DNA from: Pirellula staleyi DSM 6068
GTDB taxonomy: Bacteria; Planctomycetota; Planctomycetia; Pirellulales; Pirellulaceae
Direction of reading: 5' to 3'
Length of the DNA stretch: 32,000 nt
Assembly: GCA_000025185.1 (NCBI GenBank)
Contig: CP001848.1
Span: 1,440,001-1,472,000 of the forward strand
Below are positions 1 to 9,701 of the stretch, piece by piece. A program made the position numbers and the translations under genes. Within the stretch, counting starts at the first letter, position 1. Each line of letters begins with the position of its first letter. The notes under the pieces are model-generated. The model saw only the letters and a list, made by a program, of their open reading frames with translations, was not told the DNA's origin and ran no database searches.

Positions 1-1
1 G

Positions 2-1801
2 CCGAACATTGATAAGCTCTTCGCTCAAGGCATCGAGGTATCGCACTTCATGGGCTGGTGCGTTTGCTCGCCAACACGCGCTATGTTCCTGACGGGTCGC
101 CATCCGATTCGCGTCGGCACAGGGCCAGAAGTTGGTGGCGAACTATCGCTCGACGAGACAACCATCGCCGAAGGTTTCAAGGCCAACGGCTATCGAACCG
201 GCGTCTTTGGAAAATGGCACAGCGGCAGTGATCCCGACACCCCTGCTTTCCGCGCTGCCTTTGCCGAGGCTTTCAAGGCCATACCCAACAAACAGTTCGC
301 TGGTGGGCATGGCGCGAATGCCCATGGCTTCGACGAAGCCTGGGTCTACTACGGCGGCGGTGCTGACTTCTTCAATCGCCGAACTGTCCAGGGGCGCGGG
401 CCGGTCTCGTGGTGGCACAACCGTGAGTTCCGCCCGGACGACGAAGGTTACACCGACGACCTCGTCACACAGCGTGCCATCGAGTTCATTCGTGAGAACA
501 AAGACCAGCCTTTCTTCTGCTATGTCCCGTTCCACATCGCTCACGCGCCTCTGCAGGCCAAAGAAAACGACTTAGCCGCCATCGATTCGAAGACCGCCGC
601 AAAACTTCCGACGGCAAGTGGGAAAACAAGCGACGAAGGGAAACACATCCACGCAGCGATGTTGCATTCGATGGACAACAACATCGCCGCAATCCGCGAT
701 GAACTCGAGAAACTTGGTCTCAGCGACAACACGATTTTCGTCTTCACCAGCGACAACGGTGCCATGGAAGCAGGGAGCAGCCTGCCGCTTCGAGGTCATA
801 AGCATACGATCTACGAAGGTGGCGTACGGCTGCCGACTGCAATTTACTGGCCCAAGGGTGGCTTAACTGGCGGTCGCAAATGGAATGGTCTGTGCGGGGC
901 GCTCGACATGTTCCCAACTCTCATGGCCATGACCGACTCCACGATGCCCAAGACGCAGCCTCTCGATGGCAAGAATGTCTGGCCCGCACTGCGTGACAAT
1001 CAGCCTAGCCCCGTCGAGAGCTACTATTTCATCTGGCACGACGAAGATGCGATTCGCACCGATCGCTGGAAACTCCACCGCTTTCACGGTCGCTATGAAC
1101 TCTACGACATCACGATCGATGAAACCGAATCCAACAACATTGCCGACTCGCACCCCGATGTAGTGAAATCTCTTTCCGCGAAGATGGATGCGTGGGCCGA
1201 ATCGCTCGGCGCGGCAATCAGTCATCAACCTGCGCCGAAGAAGTATCACGTGCCAGCCGCTCCCGATGGCGAAGTGCTGGCGGTCACCGTGACCATCACC
1301 GACAAGGCGAAGCCGAAAGACCGTCTTGTCATCAACATCGCCAACTGGATTGGCACGCAGTACGCCACGGATTGGATCGATTTCGACATTGCCTTCTCAC
1401 CGACCTCGCCAAAGAAGCATCCTTACTTTTCCACGCTGGAAGGGAATAACTCGAAACCCTTTGGTCCACTCTTTAAACCTGGAACCAGCGTGGACCAATT
1501 CGGCCGCGACCAGAGCACAGGCCCCGGGATCGCCGACGTCAACAGCGTCTGGGAACACCGCATTATCGGCCTTTCGAGCACCGCGCCCGGACCGCTCAGC
1601 AAGCATGGCATCGTCTTCACCGGCGGCACACCGGGAACCTTTACGGTCTACCTCGACAACCTTCGCATCCGCCATGCCGACGGCAGCACCACGCCACTTT
1701 GGAGCAGCGGAAAAGACACCCGCGCTGGCAAGTTCACGCCAAGCGATCTGTTTACCGACCTAAAGATTCGCACGATCAACGTGAGCGAGGTTCGCCCATG
1801 A
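2..1801 (+). CDS. Formylglycine-dependent (S1) sulfatase, 5' end cut by the window edge, with a ~190-aa non-sulfatase C-terminal extension
   Basis: The frame is open from nt 2: PNIDKLFAQGIEVSHF precedes the first Met at nt 50. CSPTRAMFLTGRHP is the C-x-P-x-R signature. Later sulfatase motifs are FVFTSDNGA, YEGGVRLP and ELYDITIDETESNNIADSHPDVV. The extension from about nt 1232 ends in TFTVYLDNLRIR. Confidence 0.9.
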   Translation, partial: PNIDKLFAQGIEVSHFMGWCVCSPTRAMFLTGRHPIRVGTGPEVGGELSLDETTIAEGFKANGYRTGVFGKWHSGSDPDTPAFRAAFAEAFKAIPNKQFAGGHGANAHGFDEAWVYYGGGADFFNRRTVQGRGPVSWWHNREFRPDDEGYTDDLVTQRAIEFIRENKDQPFFCYVPFHIAHAPLQAKENDLAAIDSKTAAKLPTASGKTSDEGKHIHAAMLHSMDNNIAAIRDELEKLGLSDNTIFVFTSDNGAMEAGSSLPLRGHKHTIYEGGVRLPTAIYWPKGGLTGGRKWNGLCGALDMFPTLMAMTDSTMPKTQPLDGKNVWPALRDNQPSPVESYYFIWHDEDAIRTDRWKLHRFHGRYELYDITIDETESNNIADSHPDVVKSLSAKMDAWAESLGAAISHQPAPKKYHVPAAPDGEVLAVTVTITDKAKPKDRLVINIANWIGTQYATDWIDFDIAFSPTSPKKHPYFSTLEGNNSKPFGPLFKPGTSVDQFGRDQSTGPGIADVNSVWEHRIIGLSSTAPGPLSKHGIVFTGGTPGTFTVYLDNLRIRHADGSTTPLWSSGKDTRAGKFTPSDLFTDLKIRTINVSEVRP

Positions 1802-1888
1802 CACGAGCTAGTGCCTCCATGAAAAATGAACTGAGAACACCAATCTTGCTCCCGATTTTCGCCGGGGCCACGTCCTTGGGATGCTGAC

Positions 1889-2607
1889 ATGAGACAACTA
1901 ACCACTCTGCTCGTCGTGATCGCTGGACTGCTCTTGGTAAGCAGTTCGTCGGCGCCGGCCAGTGACACTCGCGGCGTTCATCTGATCCTTCTGTCAGGCC
2001 AGTCCAACATGGCCAACCTGGATCCTGCTCAGGTCTTCATTCCTGAAGTGGAAAGGCACTTTGGTGCCGAGAATGTGGTGATCGTAAAAGTAGCCCGAAG
2101 CGGCCAGCCAATTCGCCGCTGGTACAAGAAGTGGACAGTCACCGGCAAACAGAACCCAAAAGAAATTGGTGATCTCTACGAGCAACTAATGGCAACTGCC
2201 GAGAAGGCACTCAACGGCAGACCCATTCAGTCCGCAACTCTGATTTGGATGCAGGGAGAGCGGGATGTCAAGGAACGCCTGTCTGCTCACTACAAAGTGG
2301 CCTTTCTCGGTATGGTGGAGCAGCTCAAGACTGATTTAGATGTCCCTCAAATCAATTATATCATTGGCCGAATCAGCGATTCGGGGCCGGGCAACAAAGA
2401 CTGGGACAGCATTCGCGATGTGCAACAAAAGCTCGGAGAATCAGGTCCTCACAGCGCATGGATCAATACCGACGATCTCAATGACGACGGCCAGAAACGC
2501 AATGATCTCCACTATTCAGAGAAGGGATATCAACTGCTCGCCAAGCGTTCTGCAGATAAAGCAATTCCGTTGCTGAGCGCTCCGAGCAAACAGGAAAATT
2601 GCCACCC

Positions 2608-2611
<4 letters not shown>
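1889..2611 (+). CDS. Secreted SASA-family (sialate O-acetylesterase-like, SGNH-type) carbohydrate esterase
   Basis: ATG at 1889 with signal peptide [24 protein letters not shown]. Family motifs are LLSGQSNM (nucleophile Ser), WMQGERD and [10 protein letters not shown]. The stop codon overlaps the next start as ATGA at 2608-2611. Confidence 0.85.
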
Positions 2612-3526
<915 letters not shown>

Positions 3527-3539
3527 CGACAGATTCATC

Positions 3540-4831
3540 ATGAACGGATCAACAACCATGACCATTTCACATCAAACTAATCCATCACGTCGAACTCTCT
3601 TGAAAACGATCGGCGCGACGACTGCGCTAGCTGCGTCCGATCTTTTGCCTTCCCTGGTTTACGCCGCGCCGTCAATAACCGCGAAGGACAAAATACGAGT
3701 GGGTTTGATCGGTGCTGGAAACCGAGCCAAATGGCTGACGCGCTCCTTGTCTCGTGAATCCCAGCGAGCCGAATTGGTTGCCGTCTGTGATTGCTACCTG
3801 CCACAGATCGATGCGCTTGCTTCGGATAACACGAGAGACCCAAAGCTGGGGATGCCTGGAAACGCTATCAGAACTACGAGCAGATGTTCGACCAGGAACA
3901 ACTCGATGCGGTGATGATCGCGACTCCGGATCATGTGCGGGTGCGAGCCGCCATCATCGCCTGTGCCAAAGGCCTGGATATTTACGCGGAGAAGCCGCTC
4001 AGTTTCAGCATTCCGGAAGGTCGCGCACTTGTGAGCGCGGTCCGCAAACACAAGCGAATCCTTCAGGTGGGAACACAACAACGTAGCACCGCCATCAACC
4101 GGTATGCCTGCCAGTTCGTTCGCGATGGTGGCCTGGGAAAGGTCCACACGATCCTGGTCAAAAACATGCCAGGCTCGCGGCCCGCAGGTGGCTTAACATC
4201 GGTAGCGGTTCCGGAGGGAATGGACTGGAATCGTTTTTGCGATCAGGCACCGCTGCTGGGATACAACCCCGATCTTCATCGTAATTGGCGGCGATACGAT
4301 CCGTTTACAGGGGGCACGATTTGCGATCGTGGAGCCCATGCGCTCGACATGGTTCATCTGGCGATGGGCTGGGACGCCATTGCGCCCAAGAGGATCGAAC
4401 CGACTGACGAAGGCAACAACTATTGGGAGCGCGGCGTCCGCATGTACTATCCTGATGGCACGGAGGTGCGCGTAGAAAACAAAGCTGGACCCGAGTTTGG
4501 CGGCATCTTCACTGGTGACAAAGGAAAAATGGAAATCAATCGTGGGCGATTCGCCTGCAACCCGAAGGGGCTCCTTCAAGAGTTCGAAGGAGCCGACACC
4601 GAAAACCACGTTGCGAACTGGCTTGATTGCATCCAATCGCGAGAAGAACCCAACGCACCGGTCGAAGTGGGGCATCTTGTGACGAGCGTTTCGCACTTAA
4701 TCAATATCTGTCGAATCACCGGCCGCGCGATCGACTGGGATGCGACTGCAGAACAGATCGTTGGAGACAAAGAGGCTAACGACCTGCTCACCAAAACTCG
4801 CCGTCCCGAATTTGCACTGCCGAAAACCTAA
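3540..4831 (+). pseudogene. TAT-exported Gfo/Idh/MocA-family oxidoreductase interrupted by a single-nucleotide frameshift (or a homopolymer sequencing error)
   Basis: ORF 3540..3914 has the TAT signal SRRTLLKTIGATTALA and the Rossmann motif IRVGLIGAGNRA. The frame of ORF 3884..4831 is open from 3830 and reads [27 protein letters not shown]...YAEKP. Together the two pieces make one normal-length protein. Confidence 0.85.
3848..3851 (+). other. GGGG homopolymer at the frameshift point of the oxidoreductase gene
   Basis: Reading GGGGG instead of GGGG joins the two frames seamlessly as ...[23 protein letters not shown]... Confidence 0.6.
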
Positions 4832-4844
4832 GCACGGAAATCCC

Positions 4845-5510
4845 ATGATAAGAAACATGATTCTCGCAGTCGTTATCGCAACAGTGATTGCGACACCGCC
4901 CGCAGTTGCCGAAGACTGGCAGGTGCTCTTTGATGGAACGAGCCTGCAAGGCTGGCAGCCGTCCAACGACAACATGCAATTTGAGTTGGTCGATGGAGTG
5001 ATTCTTGGTTCGAGTTCCGCCCAAACTCATTTTCTGGTCACGAGCAGCAAGTACGGAGACTTTGAGTTGGAGCTTGAAGTCAAGCTGCACGACACCGACC
5101 TAAATTCTGGGGTGCAGATCCGCACGAGTACGAGTCGGACGAACGAAAAAGGCGACTCTCGCGCAGTGATTCATGGCCCGCAGGTCGATCTTGGGAAATC
5201 ACCCGGGCGCAGCGGACAGCTCTTTAGTCAGGGTAATGGTGCCTGGATCACGCCCAAGGACAAACTCGCCAGTAGCAGTGCGATGAAGAACGGAGAGTGG
5301 AATACGTTGCGAGTCTTAGCCGTTGGTCCACGAATCCAAACGTGGGTCAATGGCCAGCAGATTGCGGACGTGACCGACGAAGAAGCCTACGCCAAGTATC
5401 CATCGGGCGTGATCGCACTGCAGGTGCACGGTGTCAAGAATTCACCAGAGAAAGGTCGCCACGTCTCGTTTCGATCCATTCGTATTCGCAAAATCGAAAC
5501 CGCCAAGTAA
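4845..5510 (+). CDS. Secreted DUF1080 / 3-keto-disaccharide hydrolase-family (LamG-like) protein
   Basis: ATG at 4845 lies 14 nt after the upstream stop. Signal peptide is [22 protein letters not shown]. Family hallmarks are [38 protein letters not shown] and [11 protein letters not shown]. The longer ORF start at 4740 overlaps the previous gene and is rejected. Confidence 0.85.
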   Translation: MIRNMILAVVIATVIATPPAVAEDWQVLFDGTSLQGWQPSNDNMQFELVDGVILGSSSAQTHFLVTSSKYGDFELELEVKLHDTDLNSGVQIRTSTSRTNEKGDSRAVIHGPQVDLGKSPGRSGQLFSQGNGAWITPKDKLASSSAMKNGEWNTLRVLAVGPRIQTWVNGQQIADVTDEEAYAKYPSGVIALQVHGVKNSPEKGRHVSFRSIRIRKIETAK

Positions 5511-5580
5511 CACCCGAGAGCGAGATTCCTTTCGAACTCAGTGGTCGCAGGAAAACCACTCGCTCCAGGGAGAATCAATC

Positions 5581-6987
5581 ATGAAATCCATCCCATGCCT
5601 TCTAATGCTCCTGCTGTGGATGCTTGCGTCGCCGTCGCGAGAATTACTGGCTAAGACGCCCGCCAAGCCCAACGTTCTGCTGCTGATTGTCGATGATCTC
5701 AACACTTGGTTGATGGAAGATCCCACGCGCTACTCCGGCAAAGTCGTCGCACCCAATCTCCAGGAGTTGGGCAAGCAGGGAATCGTCTTTCGTCGGGCGT
5801 ACGCCGCCAGCCCGGTGTGTTGCCCATCCCGCACCGCATTGCTTTCCGGCGTGCGCCCTTGGCAATCGGGGATGTACGAGAACGGGCTCGATTCGTCCGC
5901 GAGTGCGGCGCTGAAACAGGCCACGTCGATGCCCGCCGTGTTCAAGCAGGCAGGGTATTACACAGCATCTTACGGCAAGGTCGGCCACGGCTGGCGACTT
6001 GGCGACGTATGGGATGATTCCTTGGCCCACAGGCGCGACCCCGCTCCACCGCAAGCCCCGTTACTCCCATTCACCCGCGGCGAGCTGGACTGGGGGCTAA
6101 CGCACCTGAAGGAAGCGGAAATGAGCGACACAAAAATCGCGGATGCCGCGGTGACTCAGCTGCAACGAAAGCACGATCGCCCCTTTTTCATTGCCTGCGG
6201 CCTGTTCCATCCTCACATGCCGTGGTACATCCCACAAAAATATTTTGACATGTTTCCGGTGGATGAGGTGAAAACTCCGGAGATTCTCGATACCGACCTG
6301 GATGACTTGCCGCCTCTGGGCCGGGCTGTCACTCAAGGCAAGGCGAAGTTCGTCGATCAGGTGATGGAGAACAAGGTGCACAAAGAGGGCGTGCGTGCAT
6401 ATCTGGCAGCCACCGCCTATGCCGACTTCCAAATGGGTCGTGTCGTGGAAGCGCTCAAGCAAAGCCCCTATGCCGACAACACGATCGTGGTGTTCCTGAG
6501 CGATCATGGCTTCCACCTCGGTGAGAAGCACCACTGGCAGAAGAATACACTCTGGCAAGAGGCTACGCATTGTAACCTGGCCTTCCGCGTTCCAGGAATC
6601 ACGACGCCCAGCAGTGTTTGCCAGCGGTGCGTCTCCCTCCAGGATCTCTACCCGACCTTGATGGACCTCACTGGCCTCACACCACCATCCCAGGTGGAAG
6701 GGCGTTCGCTGGTGCCGCTCCTCAAGGAACCCAAGGCTGCATGGGAGAGCACGGCAATCACTTCTTGGGGCGATCGCTACGTCGCCATTCGGACAGAGCA
6801 TTATCGCTATATCCGTTATCGCGATGACCAGGAAGAACTTTACGACCTCTTGAATGACCCACATGAGTGGACCAACCAGATCAAGAACCAAGACTACGCT
6901 GCCGACGTCGAGATCCTGCGTTCAAAGATACCCGCACTGAAGGACATGGCCCCGAAGCTGAAGTCCGGCCGTCGAAGCGACGACTAG
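5581..6987 (+). CDS. Secreted formylglycine-dependent sulfatase, 468 aa
   Basis: ATG at 5581 is preceded by GGGAGA 7 nt upstream. A signal peptide is followed by PNVLLLIVDDLN, SPVCCPSRTALLSGVRP (C-x-P-x-R), FLSDHGFHLGEK and ELYDLLNDPHEWTN. The ORF-track start at 5431 is upstream read-through. Confidence 0.92.
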   Translation: MKSIPCLLMLLLWMLASPSRELLAKTPAKPNVLLLIVDDLNTWLMEDPTRYSGKVVAPNLQELGKQGIVFRRAYAASPVCCPSRTALLSGVRPWQSGMYENGLDSSASAALKQATSMPAVFKQAGYYTASYGKVGHGWRLGDVWDDSLAHRRDPAPPQAPLLPFTRGELDWGLTHLKEAEMSDTKIADAAVTQLQRKHDRPFFIACGLFHPHMPWYIPQKYFDMFPVDEVKTPEILDTDLDDLPPLGRAVTQGKAKFVDQVMENKVHKEGVRAYLAATAYADFQMGRVVEALKQSPYADNTIVVFLSDHGFHLGEKHHWQKNTLWQEATHCNLAFRVPGITTPSSVCQRCVSLQDLYPTLMDLTGLTPPSQVEGRSLVPLLKEPKAAWESTAITSWGDRYVAIRTEHYRYIRYRDDQEELYDLLNDPHEWTNQIKNQDYAADVEILRSKIPALKDMAPKLKSGRRSDD

Positions 6988-7074
6988 CGACTTGAGGCTG
7001 AAGCCCTCACCGTTTGCACCACACCCCCGATCCATCGAGTAGCTCCTGCCGATGATTTCAACTACTCTCTAGTT

Positions 7075-9699
7075 ATGAACTTCCGAGCATCTATTTCCGC
7101 AGTAATTGCATTTCTGTTTTGTGCAGGACTTGCGCTTCACCACTGTTCGACGTGGACTACGAAGTCGGCAGTTGCCGACGAGCCTAGCAAACCCGTCGCT
7201 GGCAAGGAGTCGGGTGCATCTTCGATCGCTGCTGGGCTGCCAGGATACAAGCAACGGGTCAGCCCGTTCTTTAACACTTATTGCGCTACATGCCACGGGC
7301 CGGAGAAGAGCAAAGCGGGCCTCAGTGTCCTTGCGCTCAATGGCGATCTTGCTGCAGGTGAGGATTTAGACCAGTGGGAGTCGGTGCTCGAGATGCTCGA
7401 GGCTGGCGAGATGCCGCCGATTGACGAGCGACAGCCCATCAAAGCCGAAGTCGATGCGGTGAAGCATTGGATCGAGTCGGGGATGCGCGACTATGTGCAG
7501 CAGGCCAAAGCCGTGCAGCGCGAGCCGAAAACCCGTAGGCTGACGAACGTCGAGTACGAGAACACACTCAGCGATCTGCTCGGTTTCGAACTGGCCGTGA
7601 TCGACGAATTGCCGGAAGACCCGGCACACAACTACCACTTCAACAACAACGCCGAATTGATGCGGCTCGGTCCCGAGCAGTTAGACAGATACCTGGAGAT
7701 CGCACGCAAAGCAATGCGCAGCGCGATCGTCGATCCGGAGCAGCCCACGGTCATCAAAGCCCGCAGCGAGTGGAAGCCGAGCGTTTCTAAAAACGGGACA
7801 GCTGCCAATGAAATTAGCGCCTGCGTTAACAAATTCAGCGGACCCCCGCAGCGTAAAATTGGGATTACGGGTGCGCCCATCAGCGGCGAGTTTCGCATCC
7901 GCATGAGCGCCGCTGCTCTGCTGGTGCCAGGCTGCGACGAAGTCCCCCTCGAGGTGAGCATTGGGATGCCAATCGATGGCGACCACAACGAGAAGCCGTA
8001 TCGAGTTGTTGCAGTCGCTTACCTCACCAACTCGCCGGACGAGCCTAAGGTTTATGAATTTCGAGGGCGGATCGAGAACTTTCCTTATGCCACGGCCTCC
8101 GACAAAAAGAATGGCTCCGTCGTACATCGCAGAGAGTTGCGAACGCAGATCATCTACGACGACGGCACCCCCAACAACGGTGCAGTGTTTTCCGAGGAGC
8201 AACAGCGACTGTCGATGCTACGCGCGGCCATCGATTGGATCGAGTTTGAAGCGCCCGTGTTCGAGGTCTGGCCACCCAAGCACCACACCGACATTCTGTT
8301 TGAGTCGCCGCTGAAGCAAAGCGACGAACCTGCCTACGTACGGGCGGTGCTCGAACGATTCATGTCGCGGGCCTATCGTCGACCAGCAACCGACGACGAA
8401 GTCGAGCGGTTCGTCAAGGTCTACCTCTTAACTCGTCCAACTGTCGACACCTTGGAAGAGGCAATCCGAGAGACTTTGGCGCTGGTGCTAGTCGCGCCGC
8501 GGTTTCTCTACCATACCGAGTGGGATGCAGCCACAGACGATCATTATGCAATCGCCTCGCGACTCTCGTATTTCCTCTGGGCGAGCATGCCCGACCAGGA
8601 GCTCTTGGATCTTGCCGCTAAAAAGGAACTTAACGTTCCCGAGGTGATCGAGCAGCAGGTGCTGCGGATGCTCGCCGACGAAAAGTCGCAGAGTTTTGTG
8701 GAAGACTTCACCCTGCAGTGGCTGAGCATCAAGAAGTCGCTGACGGTCCCGATTAACCGGGATCTGTACCCTCAGTTTCTTAGTCTTCGCGCAATCGGCG
8801 AGACTGCTGGAACCGAGTTGCCCTATCGGCCGGCAATCCGCGACTACATGATGCAAGAAACGGTTGGTTTTGTTGGCCAGCTGATCCGTGAAAACAAGAG
8901 CGTGCTGAATGTCGTCGATTCTGATTTCGCCTATCTCAACGAGCGGCTTGCTGCGCACTATGGGGTCGATGGCGTGAGGGGTATGAAGATGCGTTCGGTA
9001 CCGATCAAGCCCGAGCACCATCTCGGCGGGCTACTCACGCACGGCTCGGTACTGATCGGAAATGGCACGGGCACCGCTCCTCACCCAATCTATCGCGCGG
9101 TCTGGCTGCGCGAGGCGATCCTCGGCGATACCGTTGCACCACCCCCATCGGAGGTCCCGGCGCTGAGCGATTCGGCAGGCGATTCGCTCGAAAAGGCCCT
9201 CTCGATCGCCCAACTCTTGGCCAAGCACCGCAACGTCCAGTCGTGCAACGATTGTCACTTCCGGCTCGACCCTTGGGGGATTCCGTTCGAGGAATATAGC
9301 GCCATCGGCCAGTTCCAGCCCAAGGTTCCCAAAGACGGAACTCGCGTCCGCCCGTTCGATGCCAGCTTCCAAGACCGGGCCAGCTATGCGCAGTACCTTG
9401 ACTCGATCAACGTCGTCGAAGTCTCCGCCAAAGCCCGTGTTCCGCACGGCCCAGAGGTCAACGGGCTCCGCGAACTCAAAGACTATTTGCTCCAAGAACG
9501 CAAAGATGAAATCGTCCAGAATGTGATCCGGCGTCTGTTAACCTATGGTATCGGCCGAAATCTAACGTACCACGATCGGTTTGCAGTGCAGCAGCTGTTT
9601 CACGAAGCTCAAACCAAGGGCTTGGGCATACGGGATATCATCGTTTCGATCTGCAAGAGCGAAGTGTTCCGAGAATCCGCTTCGAAGAAGAAAGATTGA
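7075..9699 (+). CDS. PSCyt / DUF1592-family protein (planctomycete cytochrome-c-like domain plus DUF1587/1592/1595/1588/1585-type regions)
   Basis: Signal peptide, then the CxxCH motif in FFNTYCATCHGPEKSKAGLSV. Family-typical strings are RLSYFLWASMPDQELL, FTLQWLSI and GGLLTHGSVL. A second CxxCH is in SCNDCHFRLDPWG. Confidence 0.85.
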   Translation: MNFRASISAVIAFLFCAGLALHHCSTWTTKSAVADEPSKPVAGKESGASSIAAGLPGYKQRVSPFFNTYCATCHGPEKSKAGLSVLALNGDLAAGEDLDQWESVLEMLEAGEMPPIDERQPIKAEVDAVKHWIESGMRDYVQQAKAVQREPKTRRLTNVEYENTLSDLLGFELAVIDELPEDPAHNYHFNNNAELMRLGPEQLDRYLEIARKAMRSAIVDPEQPTVIKARSEWKPSVSKNGTAANEISACVNKFSGPPQRKIGITGAPISGEFRIRMSAAALLVPGCDEVPLEVSIGMPIDGDHNEKPYRVVAVAYLTNSPDEPKVYEFRGRIENFPYATASDKKNGSVVHRRELRTQIIYDDGTPNNGAVFSEEQQRLSMLRAAIDWIEFEAPVFEVWPPKHHTDILFESPLKQSDEPAYVRAVLERFMSRAYRRPATDDEVERFVKVYLLTRPTVDTLEEAIRETLALVLVAPRFLYHTEWDAATDDHYAIASRLSYFLWASMPDQELLDLAAKKELNVPEVIEQQVLRMLADEKSQSFVEDFTLQWLSIKKSLTVPINRDLYPQFLSLRAIGETAGTELPYRPAIRDYMMQETVGFVGQLIRENKSVLNVVDSDFAYLNERLAAHYGVDGVRGMKMRSVPIKPEHHLGGLLTHGSVLIGNGTGTAPHPIYRAVWLREAILGDTVAPPPSEVPALSDSAGDSLEKALSIAQLLAKHRNVQSCNDCHFRLDPWGIPFEEYSAIGQFQPKVPKDGTRVRPFDASFQDRASYAQYLDSINVVEVSAKARVPHGPEVNGLRELKDYLLQERKDEIVQNVIRRLLTYGIGRNLTYHDRFAVQQLFHEAQTKGLGIRDIIVSICKSEVFRESASKKKD

Positions 9700-9701
9700 G
9701 C

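Noticed and set aside
5431-5580. N-terminal extensions suggested by the ORF track: 5431 for the sulfatase, 4740 for DUF1080, 12268 for the 901-aa protein, 20545 for the TPR protein and 21110 for the lipoprotein.
   Set aside because: The extensions overlap upstream genes or lack signal peptides. Internal ATGs give proper signal or lipobox sequences directly at the N-terminus, and one (5581) has a GGGAGA ribosome-binding site.
6097-6891. Long antisense ORFs opposite well-supported genes: 6097..6891, 13042..13812, 14131..15048, 15805..16545, 22320..23096, 4193..4696 and 7681..8202.
   Set aside because: Each lies fully inside a gene on the other strand that has clear family motifs. Their translations are Arg/Ser/Pro-rich with no recognisable motifs. 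This is typical of spurious reverse-strand ORFs in GC-rich DNA.
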